Shown: positions 30,009 to 42,198 of the stretch, in pieces
Layout of the letters: each line of letters begins with the position of its first letter
Position numbering within the stretch: the first letter of the stretch is position 1
Source: an uncultured Methanosarcinales archaeon
Lineage (GTDB): Archaea > Halobacteriota > Methanosarcinia > Methanotrichales > Methanotrichaceae
Assembly (NCBI GenBank): GCA_963843555.1
Contig: CAWJKV010000007.1
Span: 160,001 to 224,000 of the forward strand
Reading direction: 5' to 3'
Length of the DNA stretch: 64,000 nucleotides
Made by a program: the position numbers and the translations under genes
Notes under the pieces: model-generated
What the model was told of the DNA's origin: nothing
What the model saw: the letters and a program-made list of their open reading frames with translations, nothing else
Database searches by the model: none

Positions 30009-32271
30009 CTATTTCAGACAATAGACAAAGTAGGTTCCATCGATATTTTCAACGCCGTGGCTCTCATGCCCGAATCCTGGAAAAAGGTGATCCCAGGCCT
30101 GAAGGGCGCGCAGGTAGCTGAGATAAGGTCCATCGTCCGGACCTGCATTTTCACCGGGCATTAGCATGGGAATGCCGGGCGGGTAGGGCACAATACCCAC
30201 TGCAACAATCCTCCCATCCATTTTGTTAACTGCAACAGACTCCACTTCATTGTGCACCAGCCGGCTGTAAGCATCACCTGGTTTCATTACCGGCTCGGGC
30301 AGCGTTGAGAAAGCCTGCGAGAGGAACTCTGTCTGCTTCGAATCCTTCATTTGCTTGAACATTTGATCGGACAAATCACGCAAACCCATGCCAAGATAGC
30401 GTTCTGAATGGCTGGAGACAAGGTCTGGCAATACATCTTTCAGAGGGACATTGGAGTCATAGTCTTCCTTGAACCTCAAGAGAGCGTTTGCGAGTGTACC
30501 CCACTTTCCTTTAGTAACACCGATGGAAAACAAGAATAGGATAGTGAAGTCAGTGGTCTTCTCCGCCACAATGCCACGGTGATCGAGATAAGCAGAGACC
30601 AGAGTAGCGGGTATGCCGGTCGCCTCCAGGCTGCCGTCCAGCGCAATTCCTGGTGTGACTACAGAGACCTTAATGGGGTCCAGCATGCAGTAGCCGTCTT
30701 CCAGGTTATGAAAGCCGTGCCATTTGTCACCGGGATGCAGCACCCATGCATTCGGATCGGTGATCAAGAGCGACTCAGGTGCATCCTCAAAGGCCATGCG
30801 CTTGCCTGTAGCGGGATCAGTTACTTCATCAGCATTCCAGGTATTGAAGAACCATTCACCTTTCGCACTATACTGCCGGTGGACCCGCCTGAGCGCCTGC
30901 CGGAAGGCGACCGCTTCTGCTATCGACTCATTGGTGAGGGTCCTGCCACCTGCTCCTTCCATCATTGCTGCCGAGATCTCATTAGAGGCAATGATGGCAT
31001 ATTGGGGTGAGGTCGAAGCATGCATCATGAAAGATTCGTTGAAGCGCTCGTGCTCCACGGGACTGCGCCCGTCTCGAACATGAATGAAAGAGGCCTGAGA
31101 GAGCGCAGCTAGCAGCTTGTGGGTGGACGTTGTCGTAAATACCGTAGGTCCCGTTATGTTCTGCAGGGTCTCCGTTCATGCCGTAACGATCCTGGTAGAT
31201 GGGGTGGAAGCGGGCGTAGCCGTACCACGCTTCGTCGAAGTGAATGCGGTCCACGCTCCGGCCTAACAGATCCAAAACCCGGGTGGCATTGTAGCACAGG
31301 CCGTCATATGTCGAGTTCGTGATAATGGCATGCATGGGTTTATGATTGGCCGCTGTTGCCAGCGGATTCTCGGCAATAGATGCCTGGATGGCCTCCGGGT
31401 CTATCCGCTCCGGGTAAATCGGACCGATAAGGCCCAGATGGTTGCGAGAAGGTACCATGTAGGTGGGAATAGCCCCTGTCATGGTGAGAGATTGTTCGAT
31501 GGACTTGTGGCAGTTGCGATCCACCAGGGCAATGTCATTTCTTGTTATGCAGGCCATGAAGATGACGCGATTTGATGTTGAGGTACCGTTGGTCACGCAG
31601 TAGGAGCGATGGGCTCCAAAGATGTGAGCCGCATACTTTTCGCTCTCGCCGATTGGGCCGGAATGGTCCAGCAAAGAGCCCAATTCCCCTACCGAAATGG
31701 ATAGATCAGATCGAAGCAGGTTCTCGCCGAAGTACTGGAAAAAGGCTCTGCCTATAGGCGACTTGAGAAAAGCAGTGCCTCCGGCATGTCCCGGTGTATG
31801 CCAGGAATACTCATAGACCTGGGCGAACTTCACCAAGGCTCTGGTAAAGGGCGGGGTGATCTGATCCCGGTAGCGGAGCATAGCGGCAATAATCCGTCCG
31901 GCAATAAAATAGCTGGTATCTTCCAGGATCCAGATGATCTCATCCACTATGCGCATCTCTTCGGAGGTTATGGAAGTGGCATGGCCGCGCTCGATCATCA
32001 AAATTATTGGTATATGCACATTTCGCAAACGAACTTGAGACAGCAGAGACTTGGCTTTGGTATGAGTCGTGGGATCATCGTCTCCCAGGCTCCAATCCAG
32101 CAAAATGCATTGTATTGATGGATCGGAGATGACAACGGCCTGGCCGTCGTCTGAAGATGTCGATTCTATCACCTGCACATCTCTACTGTGCAGTTCCTCG
32201 ATCAGCGAGCGGGTAGCACGGCCGTTAGCGGTGGGCGATTGCAGCTCGTCATCTACTATCAACATTTTCAT
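30009..32271 (-). CDS. Orn/Lys/Arg decarboxylase (AdiA/LdcI fold-I with wing domain), frameshift near 31150
   Basis: HTPGH, NGTSTSN, DRNCHKS, HFDEAW, STHKLL (PLP Lys, shifted frame), PYPPGIP. Confidence 0.9.
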
Positions 32272-32407
32272 GCTGATTATTCTTTCACCCTTTGGAGTCA
32301 TTGATCCTCAAACCTTCTATATTTGGGAGTATTGCTTCATAAACGGAAGTTCCGCTCAAAACTTTTCTATAAAAATTCCTTCCTCAAAACTACTTAATAC
32401 TTTCTAA

Positions 32408-33301
32408 TTAGGATACAAGATAAACACCGGCTACTATTAAAAAAACTGCTGCCAGCTTTAAAACTAGCGTTCTTGAAGTCAGCTCCTCTATTAAAGCTCC
32501 AGGAATAAATATACTGAGCGTCACAACATAAATCAGAGTCAAAAATGGCTGCAGTGCAGCAACGCTTGAGACTAAAGCTACAGATCCCAGAGCATAGGCG
32601 AAGATCAGTGCACCTCTTCCCAAAAAGTCGAATATCTCTTCTGCAATTAAGGCTGATGATAATAGCCTTCCCTGCCGGAAATATCCAAATGCTTCATCTC
32701 TAATTTCCTTTATCCATAAAAAAGGAAGAATCATCAAGAAATTTCCTGCGGACGACCACATAATCAGGTGCCATTCGTCCATGAAAGAGAGCAAATACTT
32801 GGCAGCTACGGCATAAAAAGCTGAGAATATCCAGAAGACGACCATGTACTTCAGTGCTGGAGATAAGATCGATGCTTCTCCTTTGGCTGGAGGCTTATAG
32901 GATACCAATATGGCGCTGATCACCAGAAGGATTCCTCCGGCGTAATCTCTCAAATCTAAAGTCTCCCCCAAAAAGATAAATGCCGCCGGGAAGACAAAGA
33001 TCGGGTAAATATAAACCATGGCGGACACTCTGGAGGTCTCCTCAACTTGGAGTGCTCGGAGGTAAGATGCCCAGAGGACAACCTGTGCGGCCCCGGCTAC
33101 CATGGCATAAATGGATTGAGGATAAACGAATCCATGCCCAATCCAAAGGAAAATCCCAATGGTAAAGATCTGTTGTAGAATTATTAATGTGATGAGATAA
33201 CAATTGCAACTGCGTATGTACTTATCCAAAATGAGCTTATCAATAACTCCCGTGATGGCCAGGGAGGAAGCGCCTATAAGGGAGAATATGAACCAGTCCA
33301 C
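32408..33301 (-). CDS. EamA/DMT family transporter, copy 1
   Basis: 10-TM pattern; same length (894 nt) as its tandem paralog. Confidence 0.8.
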   Translation of the reverse strand: MDWFIFSLIGASSLAITGVIDKLILDKYIRSCNCYLITLIILQQIFTIGIFLWIGHGFVYPQSIYAMVAGAAQVVLWASYLRALQVEETSRVSAMVYIYPIFVFPAAFIFLGETLDLRDYAGGILLVISAILVSYKPPAKGEASILSPALKYMVVFWIFSAFYAVAAKYLLSFMDEWHLIMWSSAGNFLMILPFLWIKEIRDEAFGYFRQGRLLSSALIAEEIFDFLGRGALIFAYALGSVALVSSVAALQPFLTLIYVVTLSIFIPGALIEELTSRTLVLKLAAVFLIVAGVYLVS

Positions 33302-33364
33302 ATATCGATCCTTTCTCAAAGGATATTATACCTTTCTTCTTCTTAGCTTTGGATATCATTGGAA

Positions 33365-34258
33365 TTAAGATATCAAATATATTCCTATTACTATCATAAA
33401 GACCGCTATCAACTTCAAGGACAGCGTCCTGCGATCCATTTCCTCCTTTAACAATCCGGGCATCAATAAACTCAGGGCCGCAACGTAAACGAGCGTAAAG
33501 AAAGGCTGCAAGGCCGCCACACTGGAGACAAGTGCAACCGATCCCACTGCATAGGCAAAAATAAGAGCTCCTCTGCCCAGGAAACTGAAGATCTCCTCAG
33601 CCAACAGAGCGGAAAAAAATGATCCGCCTCTTTGCACGTATCCGCAAATCTCGCTCCGGACAGATTTTGTTATGAGAAAAGGCAGCACGGCAATTAGATT
33701 TCCCAGGGACAGCCATATCATGAGATGCCATCCATCCATAAAAGAAAGCAAGAGCTTGGCAGATATGGAATAGGTGGCGTAGAAAATCCAGAATAGTAAC
33801 ATGTACCTGAGAGCCGGCGAAAAAATTAAAGACCTTCCTTTGGTTGAAGGCCTGTAGGATATCAACAGGCCGCTGATCACCAGGAAGAGGCCGCCGATGT
33901 AATCTTTGGGGCTCAGGATTTCGTCCAGGAAGAAGAAAGCAGCCGGAAAGACAAATACAGGATAAACGTATACCAGGGCAGCTATTCTTGATGTCTCCTC
34001 AACTTTTAGTGCTCTCAAGTAAGCAGCCCAATAGGCAATCTGGATGACTCCAACCACAATCGCATAAAGGGAGTGAGGATAAACGAAACCTGATCCCATA
34101 GTCAAGAAAATGCACGCGGCCAGAGCCTGCTGCAAAAAGATGAGGGCTACGAGATAGGCATGGGAATTTTGGACATATTTCTCCAAAATGAGCTTGTCAA
34201 TGACTCCAGTAATGGCGAGAGAGGATGCGCCGAGCAAGGAGAAGAAAAACCAGTTCAT
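33365..34258 (-). CDS. EamA/DMT family transporter, copy 2
   Basis: Tandem paralog; shared YLRAL.VEETSR and GSVALVSSVAALQP. Confidence 0.8.
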   Translation of the reverse strand: MNWFFFSLLGASSLAITGVIDKLILEKYVQNSHAYLVALIFLQQALAACIFLTMGSGFVYPHSLYAIVVGVIQIAYWAAYLRALKVEETSRIAALVYVYPVFVFPAAFFFLDEILSPKDYIGGLFLVISGLLISYRPSTKGRSLIFSPALRYMLLFWIFYATYSISAKLLLSFMDGWHLMIWLSLGNLIAVLPFLITKSVRSEICGYVQRGGSFFSALLAEEIFSFLGRGALIFAYAVGSVALVSSVAALQPFFTLVYVAALSLLMPGLLKEEMDRRTLSLKLIAVFMIVIGIYLIS

Positions 34259-34799
34259 CTTGGAACCTCAGCGGCAGAGACTCAGTTCTTCAAGCCTGGG
34301 AGCAGCCGCGTATCTGGATACCACAAACTGCATATCATCTAAAGGTCGATAATCACAATGCATCCTACAAGCTCACCCGCCAAAGCATTCCATTGCCTTC
34401 GCTAATCACTGGAATCTAGATTGTGCCCTCCCATTCATTAAACCCTTCAAAAGTAATAAGTATTTTGATACTAATGCCTTTAAAACATTCGATTTATCAC
34501 TATTGTTTCGTCCAACCAAGAGCCAGAATATTCGTAGTTCAGTTTAAGGACTCATGACTGGTTACAAGAGATAGAGACCTGCAAGAAGTAGTTGAAGGAG
34601 ACCTTACGAATCCACAATTGAAAGTTGATGCATTGCTGGGTAATCCCTTTCGCCAGAGCTGATCATCCAAATCCTAGCCCCACTTGCGCAGCAGGCAACG
34701 ACCGGGTAGAGGAAAAGCTCATCTTCTCGATGAGCCCAAAAACTTTTTATCAACCCTAAACGTCAGTACTGATATCATCTGATCAGGTTTGGGAATAAA

Positions 34800-35474
34800 A
34801 TGATAGCTAGAACGTCCTTAGGGGGGGTCAACAAACTTCGCACGATTTTTTATATATTATTTTTCATTTATTTATTATATCTCTTATATGATTTTTTTTA
34901 CATGGAGTCAGATCGCTACCTATGGACGTTGTTTGCTATCTCTTTGATATTAATCCCCTTTGCCTTCGAAAAGCTGACCGGAATGTACTTTCCATGGGAA
35001 ATCAAAATTTTGATAGTTCTTTCTCTGCTTCTTCATACGGCAGGAGAGTTTCACAGATGGTATTATACTTTGCCTCATTTCGATAAAATCTCTCACATAA
35101 TTTCTGCTGCCGGAATAGCATATCTGGTATTTATTTTTATCATTTTAGTTGAGCTTTACTATGGGCTGGAATGGAAAATACCCCGAATAATTGTCTTCAT
35201 AATCCTCATGACTGCATCCTTCGCCCTCTTCTGGGAATGGTGGGAGATATTTAGCGATAATTATTTCGGTTCAAAATTCTTTTGGGATTTTAAGGACGGC
35301 GTCGGAGATGCAGCAGCAAATATCGCAGGGGTAATTATTGTATCTTTGGATGTAAATAAATACCTAAAAAAAAGGACTTACAAAGAGGTTGCTGAGGATT
35401 TCATAATTCCGGATGAAAGCGGGCATTATGCTATGAAATGGGCATTCCTACCAATCAAGAAGGAAAAAGAATGA
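34800..35474 (+). CDS. Membrane protein, DUF2238/YjdF-like
   Basis: LH..WY..FDKISH..WEWWE..D pattern; AT-rich. Confidence 0.6.
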   Translation: MIARTSLGGVNKLRTIFYILFFIYLLYLLYDFFYMESDRYLWTLFAISLILIPFAFEKLTGMYFPWEIKILIVLSLLLHTAGEFHRWYYTLPHFDKISHIISAAGIAYLVFIFIILVELYYGLEWKIPRIIVFIILMTASFALFWEWWEIFSDNYFGSKFFWDFKDGVGDAAANIAGVIIVSLDVNKYLKKRTYKEVAEDFIIPDESGHYAMKWAFLPIKKEKE

Positions 35475-35519
35475 GAATAACAAGAGGGATATATTCATAA
35501 AGATATACTAGAGGATATT

Positions 35520-35984
35520 ATGTTTTCTGATTTTCTTATTGGGTCAATTATTATTCTTGTTCCGTTGGGAATCTTAATCCTCACTTTAGCAGTCGATCTC
35601 AATATGAAAGAGCAGCAGCTTTCTCGAAGAATTAAAAAGCTCAACATGATAGCTAGTAGTTTGACAGAAAAGAAGATAACGGATTTGAATAGCGTTCTAG
35701 GCGGCCTCGATTTAGATGAACAAGATAGAAAACAGGTCGACAAGCTGGCTAATCAAGAGGATATTATAAATAACAAAGAAAACGGCCCTGCGAATGACCC
35801 TATTGAGGACTATGCTCTTGCAGCCAAAAAGGTAGCCACAATAAGATTCGAAGAGAAGCTGCTGCTCAGTGCCAAAATAAGGTATTTCAAAATTTATGCG
35901 GCAATTATGTATATATTAATATGGGTTACTTTAGGAATTTTGCCTCTACTCTATAATTTGGGATTTCATTGGGATTGGAAATAA
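35520..35984 (+). CDS. Hypothetical two-TM protein
   Basis: ORF with GAGGA upstream and terminal TM helices. Confidence 0.6.
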   Translation: MFSDFLIGSIIILVPLGILILTLAVDLNMKEQQLSRRIKKLNMIASSLTEKKITDLNSVLGGLDLDEQDRKQVDKLANQEDIINNKENGPANDPIEDYALAAKKVATIRFEEKLLLSAKIRYFKIYAAIMYILIWVTLGILPLLYNLGFHWDWK

Positions 35985-36136
35985 AACATTTAAGCAATAT
36001 GCGATTACATACTGATGCCTACCAGCCGCAGGGAAGATTCTAAGATAGCTTGCCGTTTCCTCCCAGACTACTTCATCTTTTCCAGTCTTTGCCATACGTT
36101 CTCTGAGTAGTCATATCGTCCGCAGTTATGATTAAT

Positions 36137-38951
36137 TTATCCCCAGAACCTCTTCGTCCTGGCATATTCCCTCTCCGCCTTCAGGATATCCCTGTAAAAC
36201 TCCAGCTCATCCCTTTGCCGCTTTCCAACCACCCGCGCTGCCGTCTCCGGCCCCAGGCCCCGGCTGGCCAGGGCTATTGCGGCAGTCTTGCCATAGCTCA
36301 ACACCAGATTGGCATTCCGAAAGACCCTTTTTGTCCTGCGTTTCTCCTCGGCGGTCTTCTTCTTCTCCGGCTTCTTGACCACCTTGATCTCCTCCTCCTC
36401 CCAGGGCTTGAGTGCGGCCACCATGCGTGACCCGCATAAGGGGCACTCCGGCTGCTCGGGCACGCGCTCGACCTGGCGCATGGACTTCCACTTCTTGCAG
36501 TTCACGCAAAAAAGCAACACCCGGTCGTTCATGATCCTATTTTTAAGTAGGTTGATTACTGCGGCATCAGCATGCTCCGGTGAGGTGACGTCTCTGCCTC
36601 CACCACGGCCGCTGGTTCCAATGGGCGAGAGCCCGCTGGTCGTGATGGCTATCGTTCCATCCCGTATCCGCTCCAGCACCCGTTTTGCAATGCAATATGT
36701 CCAGGCGGTCGTGGTAGATCTCCCGCAGCGCTTCCCGGTACATAGGCGTGCCTTCGAAGACTGCCAGCAATTTCGCCATGCTCACCCTCTGGTAGTCCAC
36801 GTCCCTGGAGAAGGCGCCGAACTTGCGGGCCACATGCACCATCTTCCAGCGCAGGAGCGTGGTATTCTTCAGGGTCATCTCCAGGATGGGCTCTACATAA
36901 GTCGGGTCCAGCTCCAGGATCATCTTCTCTATCTCCTCCGCCAGCAGGACTTTGGGCAGCGTCAGCTCGATTCGATAGGGATCTATCTGCAGGGCTATGC
37001 TGGACCCAAAGCGAGCAGAAAGGATGGAGGTCATGACCCTTCCCAGGGTATCGTTGGTCTTGTGGCCAAAGCAGGCGTTGATGATGGCTCCCTCGCCTCC
37101 GCTCTCCACAACGATATGTGATTCATCAGGAACAGGCAGGTTCTTTTCCATCTGCTTTTTTATGAGGTCGACAAGCTCCTCTGCCGCTTCCTGGTCTACA
37201 GGATACTTTCCTCGCAGCTCTTCTACGGCAAGCGTGCACCCATTCCCGCTTCCGCCCCCGTCCTTCTCCAGAGTCTCGCGGATCTCTCTCCGAATCCGGC
37301 CGACCTCCTGTGCCACATCAAAGGGAACGGGAATCTCCTCTCCAGTCCAGCTGGGAATCTCGCCACTGCGGTGAATGGGGACGACCTTGATCTCGTTCTC
37401 CCCTATCTCCGTGATCTCCCAGATCTCTCCCTTGGTGACGAAGGTGGCTCCAGGCTGGGCGAAGCTGATCACGAAGGCTTCGTCCAGAGTTCCCACAGAC
37501 CGGCGTCCCACGATATCGTAGACGTTGAACCTCTTCTCATCCGGGATCATGGAGAGGTTCTCGATGTAATACTCTCGCGCCTTGCGAGTTCTCTGCAAAA
37601 TTCCGTTGTACTGTCGGACCAGCCTGTGTTCTTCCATCTGGTCGACGACACCTTGCAGTTCCTCCGGTGTCAGATCCCGGAAGGGGTAAGCTCGGGTGAC
37701 AATCTGGTGGGTCTTTTCCAGACTGATATCCCCAAAATCCATCTCCAACCCAACAATCTGGTTGGCCAGGACATCGGTGGGCTTTTCATGAATCTGGATC
37801 GACTCCAACTCCATGGCTGCCGCCCTGCGGGAGATGGCGCAGGCCTCGGCCACGTCGTCGGCACAGGTGGCGATTATGGTCCCGGAAGAGATGAGGCCGA
37901 TCTTATGGCCGGCGCGGCCTACACGCTGCAGCAGCCTCGAAACCTCGCGCGGCGAACTGTACTGGATGACGTGATCCACATCTCCGATATCAATTCCAAG
38001 CTCCATGGACGAGGTGCAGATGAGCCCCCGCAGGGCTCCGGCCTTGAAGGCCTCCTCCGCTTCCACCCGGGCTTCCACAGAGAGGCTGCCGTGATGGACG
38101 CCGATGGGCTCGCCCAGCTGCCTGAATCGTGAGCCCAGAACCTCAGCCGCCTGCCGGGTGTTGACAAATATCAGGCACTTTCTGGTATGCACCATCTCCC
38201 TGATCCAGCGAATCTGGGCTGCCAGGCGGGGATCGCACTCAAGCTGGCTTGCCATGGCATAGTCTGGCCGGGAGGCCTGAGGGCTGACTACCCGAAAGTC
38301 GCTCGCTCTCTCCATCTCGGTCTGGACGATTTTGCAGGTGCGACCGGTTCCGACAAGCAGTTTGGCAACGACCTCAGGCGAGCCGACGGTGGCAGAGAGA
38401 CCTATGCGCTGAAAGTCGCCCGCAAGCTCTGCCAGCCTCTCCAGGAGCACGGAAAGCTGCGAGCCGCGCTTGGATGTGGCCATCTCGTGCACCTCATCAA
38501 CTACAACCATCTTGACCGTGGTGAGATTTTGGCGCAGGCGCTTGCCGGTCAGCATTATCTGCATCGTCTCTGGCGTCGTTATCAGCAAATCAGGGGGCTT
38601 TAGCGACTGCTTCCTCCGATCACTCTGGCTGGTATCGCCGTGACGCACAGCTACGGTAATGTGAAGCTTCTCTCCCCAATCATGAAATCGGCGCAGCATA
38701 TCCCTGTTCAGCGCCCGCAGGGGTGTGATGTATACTGCCTGGATGCCCTTCCGCTCGCCGGCAAGAATCTTATGAAAGATAGGCAAACTCGCAGCCTCAG
38801 TCTTGCCGGTGCCGGTGGGCGCAATGAGGAGCACATTTTCTCCGGCTAAAATTGCAGGTATGGCCTGCTCCTGCGGCAGCGTCGGCTCAAGGATAGACTC
38901 CTCCAACAGCCTTGCCCTGATCTGGCTATCAAGCTGACCGAAAACGTTCAC
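36137..38951 (-). CDS. Lhr-like DEAD/DEAH helicase, frameshift near 36690
   Basis: APTGTGKT, DEVHE, SAT, LELGID-like SMELGID, QRVGRAGH; C-terminal Zn-finger ORF 36137..36679. Confidence 0.9.
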
Positions 38952-39045
38952 AAATAATCATTCCTGGAACCGGGTATGAAAACCTTGCGGCAAATGCGAT
39001 AAGAGATTACGTCGATAAACGATTGATTACTGCACTGGGTAATGC

Positions 39046-39369
39046 ATGAAACTCTTGAAGCAACGTTTTTTTCATTCTGAAGAAATTTATCTTACAGACA
39101 GGGGGCTTCGCCTCAGGCGCGGGTCAGTGCTCAAGACGGATGGCTCTCGGAAAACCGCTCACGCATTGGGACGCATTTTGGAGTCAGGCCAAGAGCTTTC
39201 GCTATTCGAAGAGGAAGTGCCGCGCGAAGGCGTCCGCGTCACGCGCAGCTATCAGTTCACGCGATGGATTGATGCTTCATCTCACCTCTGGGTGGGGCGC
39301 CGCAAAGCTGTTGGACGCGGTGAAGGTTCAAGCGGGCTGCAGTTCGACTCTCTGGATGCAAAAGACTGA
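39046..39369 (+). pseudogene. Probable orphan C-terminal fragment of a larger conserved hypothetical protein
   Basis: EEEVPREGVRVTRSYQFTRW..LWVGRRKAVGRGEGSSGLQFD looks like a conserved C-terminus; N-terminus looks non-coding. Confidence 0.4.
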
Positions 39370-39379
39370 TTGATATCGT

Positions 39380-41363
39380 TTATCTTGCCCCGGGCTGCTG
39401 CTGGCTGATGCAGTGGATCGTCCCCAGGCCCTGCACCACCTCCCTGCAGTCTATTCCCACGACCTTCCTCTCCGGGAAAGCCTCCTGAATTATCTGCAGT
39501 GCCACTTCGTCGTTCTCGTCTTCGAACACAGGCACCATGACCACATCGTTTCCGATGTAGAAGTTGGCGTAGCTGGCAGGCAGCCGGCAATCCCCGCCAA
39601 CGGGTCCTGGCATGGGCAGCTTGATGACATTTAATGGGTTACCATCCTGGTCCGTCTCTCTGCAGAGCTGCTCATAGTTCTCTCTGAGGGCTGCGTAGTT
39701 CTCATCCTCGGGATCGTCCTCATAGGCGCATAGCACCGTCGTCGGATTCACGAAACGGGCGATGTCGTCCACATGGCCGTCTGTGTCGTCTCCGGCGATT
39801 CCCTCCTTCAGCCAGATGACCTTTGACGCACCCAGGAATTCCTTCAGATAGGTCTCGATCTCTTCTTTATTCATGCCGGGGTTTCGATTCCCGTTAAGCA
39901 GACACTGTTCTGTGGTCAGAACCGTCCCGCAGCCGTTGACGTCGATGGAGCCGCCCTCCAGGACTATTCCCGGCAAGAAGCATTCCATCTTGAGGTCGTC
40001 ATTGATGAGGCAGGGAATCCTCGTGTCTGCCATCAATCCCGGGTACTTCTCTCCCCAGGCATTGAAGGTCCAGGCGACCATGGCAAGGTTATTCTTCCCT
40101 ATCTCCTTTTCCTGGTTTACGACAAAGGTGGGACCATAGTCCCTGAACCAGACATCCGCATAGCCGATCTGGTGGAATCTGACTCTATGCAGATCGACCT
40201 TTTCTCTCCGCAGCCGATCAAGGACAGCGCTCTGCATCATCTCGTCTTTGACCAGCAGATTGACAATCTCGCTCTTGTGGATGGCTTTGATGATGGCAAC
40301 GTATGCATCCTCCACTCTCTCGATCACAGGGAAGGTGTCCTGATCATAAGGCCAGGAGAGCCAGATGGCAGCATGCTCTTCCCATTCGGCAGGCATGTGG
40401 TAGCCGAGCTGCAGAGGTGTATCCTTCAAACTCAATCCAACTGCCTCTTTCTCTCTCTTTTTTCCTGAAACGTCAACCTTCACCATCTCGATCAGAGGCC
40501 AGTAAACATCGGGCCGGCGGTTCCGGAAAAAGCCCCAACCCTCTCGCACCAGTTCGTTCTTGACAAGATCTATCTCTGCTATCAGAATCTCTTCCTCGCT
40601 GCTGCTGGCTCTGGCCACCATTTTGCCGAAAGAGTCGCACACAAAAGAGCTGCCCCAGAATTTGAGATCCTCCTCCCAGCCCACCCGGTTGGCTGCGGCA
40701 ACGTAGACGCTGTTAGCAATGGCGTGGCCCCTCTGCACCGTCTCCCAGGCATCGTGCCAGTCTCCCTCAGCCTGATCCTTCACACCCTGAATCCAGCCGA
40801 TGGCGGTGGGATAGAAGATGATCTGGGCTCCGTCGCAGGGCGGCCGCCCTCGCGGCCTCGGGAAACCACTGGTCATAGCAGATGAGGACGGCAAATTTCG
40901 CATAGCGCGTATCGTAAATCCGGATCTCCTCGCCAGGTGTGAAGTAACTCTGCTCGTAAAAGAGTGGATCGTGGGGAATGTGGATCTTGCGGTAGGTCTC
41001 CAGAAGGCTGCCATCGCTATCGATCACTGCCACGGAGTTGTAGTAATCTGCCACATCCTTTTCGAAGACGGGTACTATTATCACAATCTCCAGCTCTCTG
41101 GCCAATTGGGAAAAGGCCGCTGTGGACTCGCCAGGAATGGTCTCCGCCAGAAGAGAGGCATCCTTTTGATCCCATTGCGGAAAGTAACGCGTCCGGTAAA
41201 GCTCCTGCAGGCAGACGATCTTTGCGCCTTTGCTCGCTGCCTCTCGTACCTTTCTAATGGTCTTCTTCAGGTTTAGATCTCGATCTTCTGCTACTGTGGT
41301 TTGAATCAATCCAATGGTGACCCGAGTTGCGATACTATCTGCTGCCATTTTCTTTTTCCCCAT
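39380..41363 (-). CDS. Fused N-carbamoylputrescine amidase (nitrilase) - agmatine deiminase, frameshift near 40835
   Basis: Nitrilase triad QEL / YRKIHIP / ICYDQW; deiminase MPAEW, WFRDYGP, EGGSI, TDGHVDD, GTIHCISQQQP. Confidence 0.88.
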
Positions 41364-41425
41364 AATAGAAGGAAGCCCGTGGGTTAACTAGCTTTCGGGA
41401 TTTTCTTTGGACTTTTGAAGATCTC

Positions 41426-42136
41426 TCAAAAAGGCTTTCTTCCTGCCATCAGCCCAATGCAAAGGTACTGCCAGAGCATATTGACGTCCGATAATCCCGC
41501 ATCCCGCCACCACTCCTCTTTCTCTCTCTTGCTGGTGTAGTAGTGAGTCTCCAAATCATCCCTCAGCCGGGCCACAAAGTCGGAAGTGGCCGGATCAACT
41601 TTCAGGCGCCTCGTCTCCATCTCCTGGAAGAACCACTCCTGCATATCGCTTCCCTCTTCGGCGTAGCCTTCCGCCGCCAGGAGCCAGCCGCCTGGTTTGA
41701 GCAAGCGAAGGCATTTTTTTATGGCTGCCTTGTAGCGATCAAAGGGCAGGTGCTCCAGGACCAGGGTGGATACAATGGCATCAAACTTTTCGTCGCCCAA
41801 CCCCTCATCCCAATCATCCCGGGAGAGGTCCGCCACCCTGGAGCCCAGGATCGCTTTCGGATATGTGCGGGAGATCTTCTCTTCGGCTATGCGCACCATT
41901 CTCTCCGAGCCGTCGATAAGAAAAACCGATGCCGGAATTCTCTTGAGGATGGCAAGCGTTGCATTGCCAGTTCCGCAGCCCAGATCGATGATCCTCGGCT
42001 CCGGCGGCAGGTATCTGTGAGCCGCCTCTGCCACGAGGTCGATCATCTCCAGGTAGCCGGGCACAACCTGGGACTGATAGTGATCATACGCCTGGGCATG
42101 CTTGTCGTAGCACGAGACGGTTGCATCCTCGCTCAT
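41426..42136 (-). CDS. Class I SAM-dependent methyltransferase
   Basis: IDLGCGTG, LLKPGG. Confidence 0.88.
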   Translation of the reverse strand: MSEDATVSCYDKHAQAYDHYQSQVVPGYLEMIDLVAEAAHRYLPPEPRIIDLGCGTGNATLAILKRIPASVFLIDGSERMVRIAEEKISRTYPKAILGSRVADLSRDDWDEGLGDEKFDAIVSTLVLEHLPFDRYKAAIKKCLRLLKPGGWLLAAEGYAEEGSDMQEWFFQEMETRRLKVDPATSDFVARLRDDLETHYYTSKREKEEWWRDAGLSDVNMLWQYLCIGLMAGRKPF

Positions 42137-42198
42137 CGCTTTTCACCATCGTCATCAGTTATATTTAATTTCGCGCTTTTTTTCCTGGCTTTTTGCGG

